Shown: positions 63,735 through 64,000 of the stretch, piece after piece
Layout: every line of letters begins with the position of its first letter
Numbering within the stretch: the first letter of the stretch is position 1
The notes under the pieces: model-generated
What the model was told of the DNA's origin: nothing
Databases searched by the model: none
The model's input: only the letters and a program-made list of their open reading frames with translations
Source of the DNA: Mobula hypostoma
Lineage: Eukaryota
NCBI RefSeq assembly: GCF_963921235.1
Contig: NC_086118.1
Coordinates: 27,282,001 to 27,346,000 of the forward strand
Direction: 5' to 3'
DNA: 64,000 nt
Position numbers and translations under genes: made by a program

Positions 63735-64000
63735 TGTTATTACATGGTACTGATTTGTAACGGGGAACACATCACACAGAATCCACACAAACAAGAGGTT
63801 TTGCACATCAGAATTCACAAGTTTGGTGTGGCCAGAGACTGTCTTTCCTAGACTAATGCCGCCGGCCGAACCTGACGGTTACACCAGTGTCTAGAATAAT
63901 TGTGGCAGAGGTGTGTTGCTTATCCTTATTGAATGCAGTCTTTTGATCAGGAAGTCAAGTTTCTAGTTGCAGACGGAGATGTTGACAACCAGTTCTTGGA

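Larger units (their letters stand above)
62363..63883. mobile_element. Solo LTR (~560 bp net) interrupted by an inverted PLE
   Basis: tgtaac...gttaca terminal inverted repeats; 4-bp TSD ccag at 62359-62362 and 63884-63887; no internal coding sequence. Confidence 0.88.
60640..64000 (-). mobile_element. Old Rex1/Babar-type LINE hosting a younger LINE and a solo LTR
   Basis: AASIIKDPTHPRHFLFSTLPSGK..KSLKAPTTRFKNSF (ORF 60859-61101); continues at ~62142-62362 and 63888-64000 with degenerate RT. Confidence 0.7.

Noticed and set aside
1..64000. CRISPR arrays, prokaryotic operons, rRNA
   Set aside because: No regularly spaced repeat-spacer array, no gene-dense coding and no rRNA-like sequence; content is vertebrate transposon-derived.

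Overview
Eukaryotic, repeat-rich vertebrate DNA, most likely from a cartilaginous fish (ray or shark). This is inferred from an HE1-like V-SINE, shark-type CR1 LINE 3' tails and abundant Neptune-type Penelope elements. I recognise no host protein-coding exon, rRNA or genuine tRNA gene; the ORFs I can identify are transposon fragments or their antisense shadows. The window is a stack of nested, mostly decayed mobile elements: many CR1 LINEs (ORF1 SGNH esterase, APE endonuclease, RT), Rex1/Babar-type LINEs, a Vingi/Ingi-like remnant, a BEL/Pao LTR element, two Gypsy elements (Mag-like and chromodomain-bearing), a solo LTR, tRNA-derived SINEs, a Tigger-like MITE and a four-TIR mariner foldback. 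Most notable: (i) two Penelope-like families carrying minimal hammerhead-ribozyme motifs, including two inverted insertions with a hammerhead on each strand; (ii) two local templated insertions (51 bp copied from 1.6 kb away, 231 bp copied from 3 kb away into a SINE head) plus palindromic fillers at junctions; (iii) SINEs sharing a head but with different tails. Boundaries without a stated TSD/TIR are approximate, and family names come from motif recognition, not database searches.
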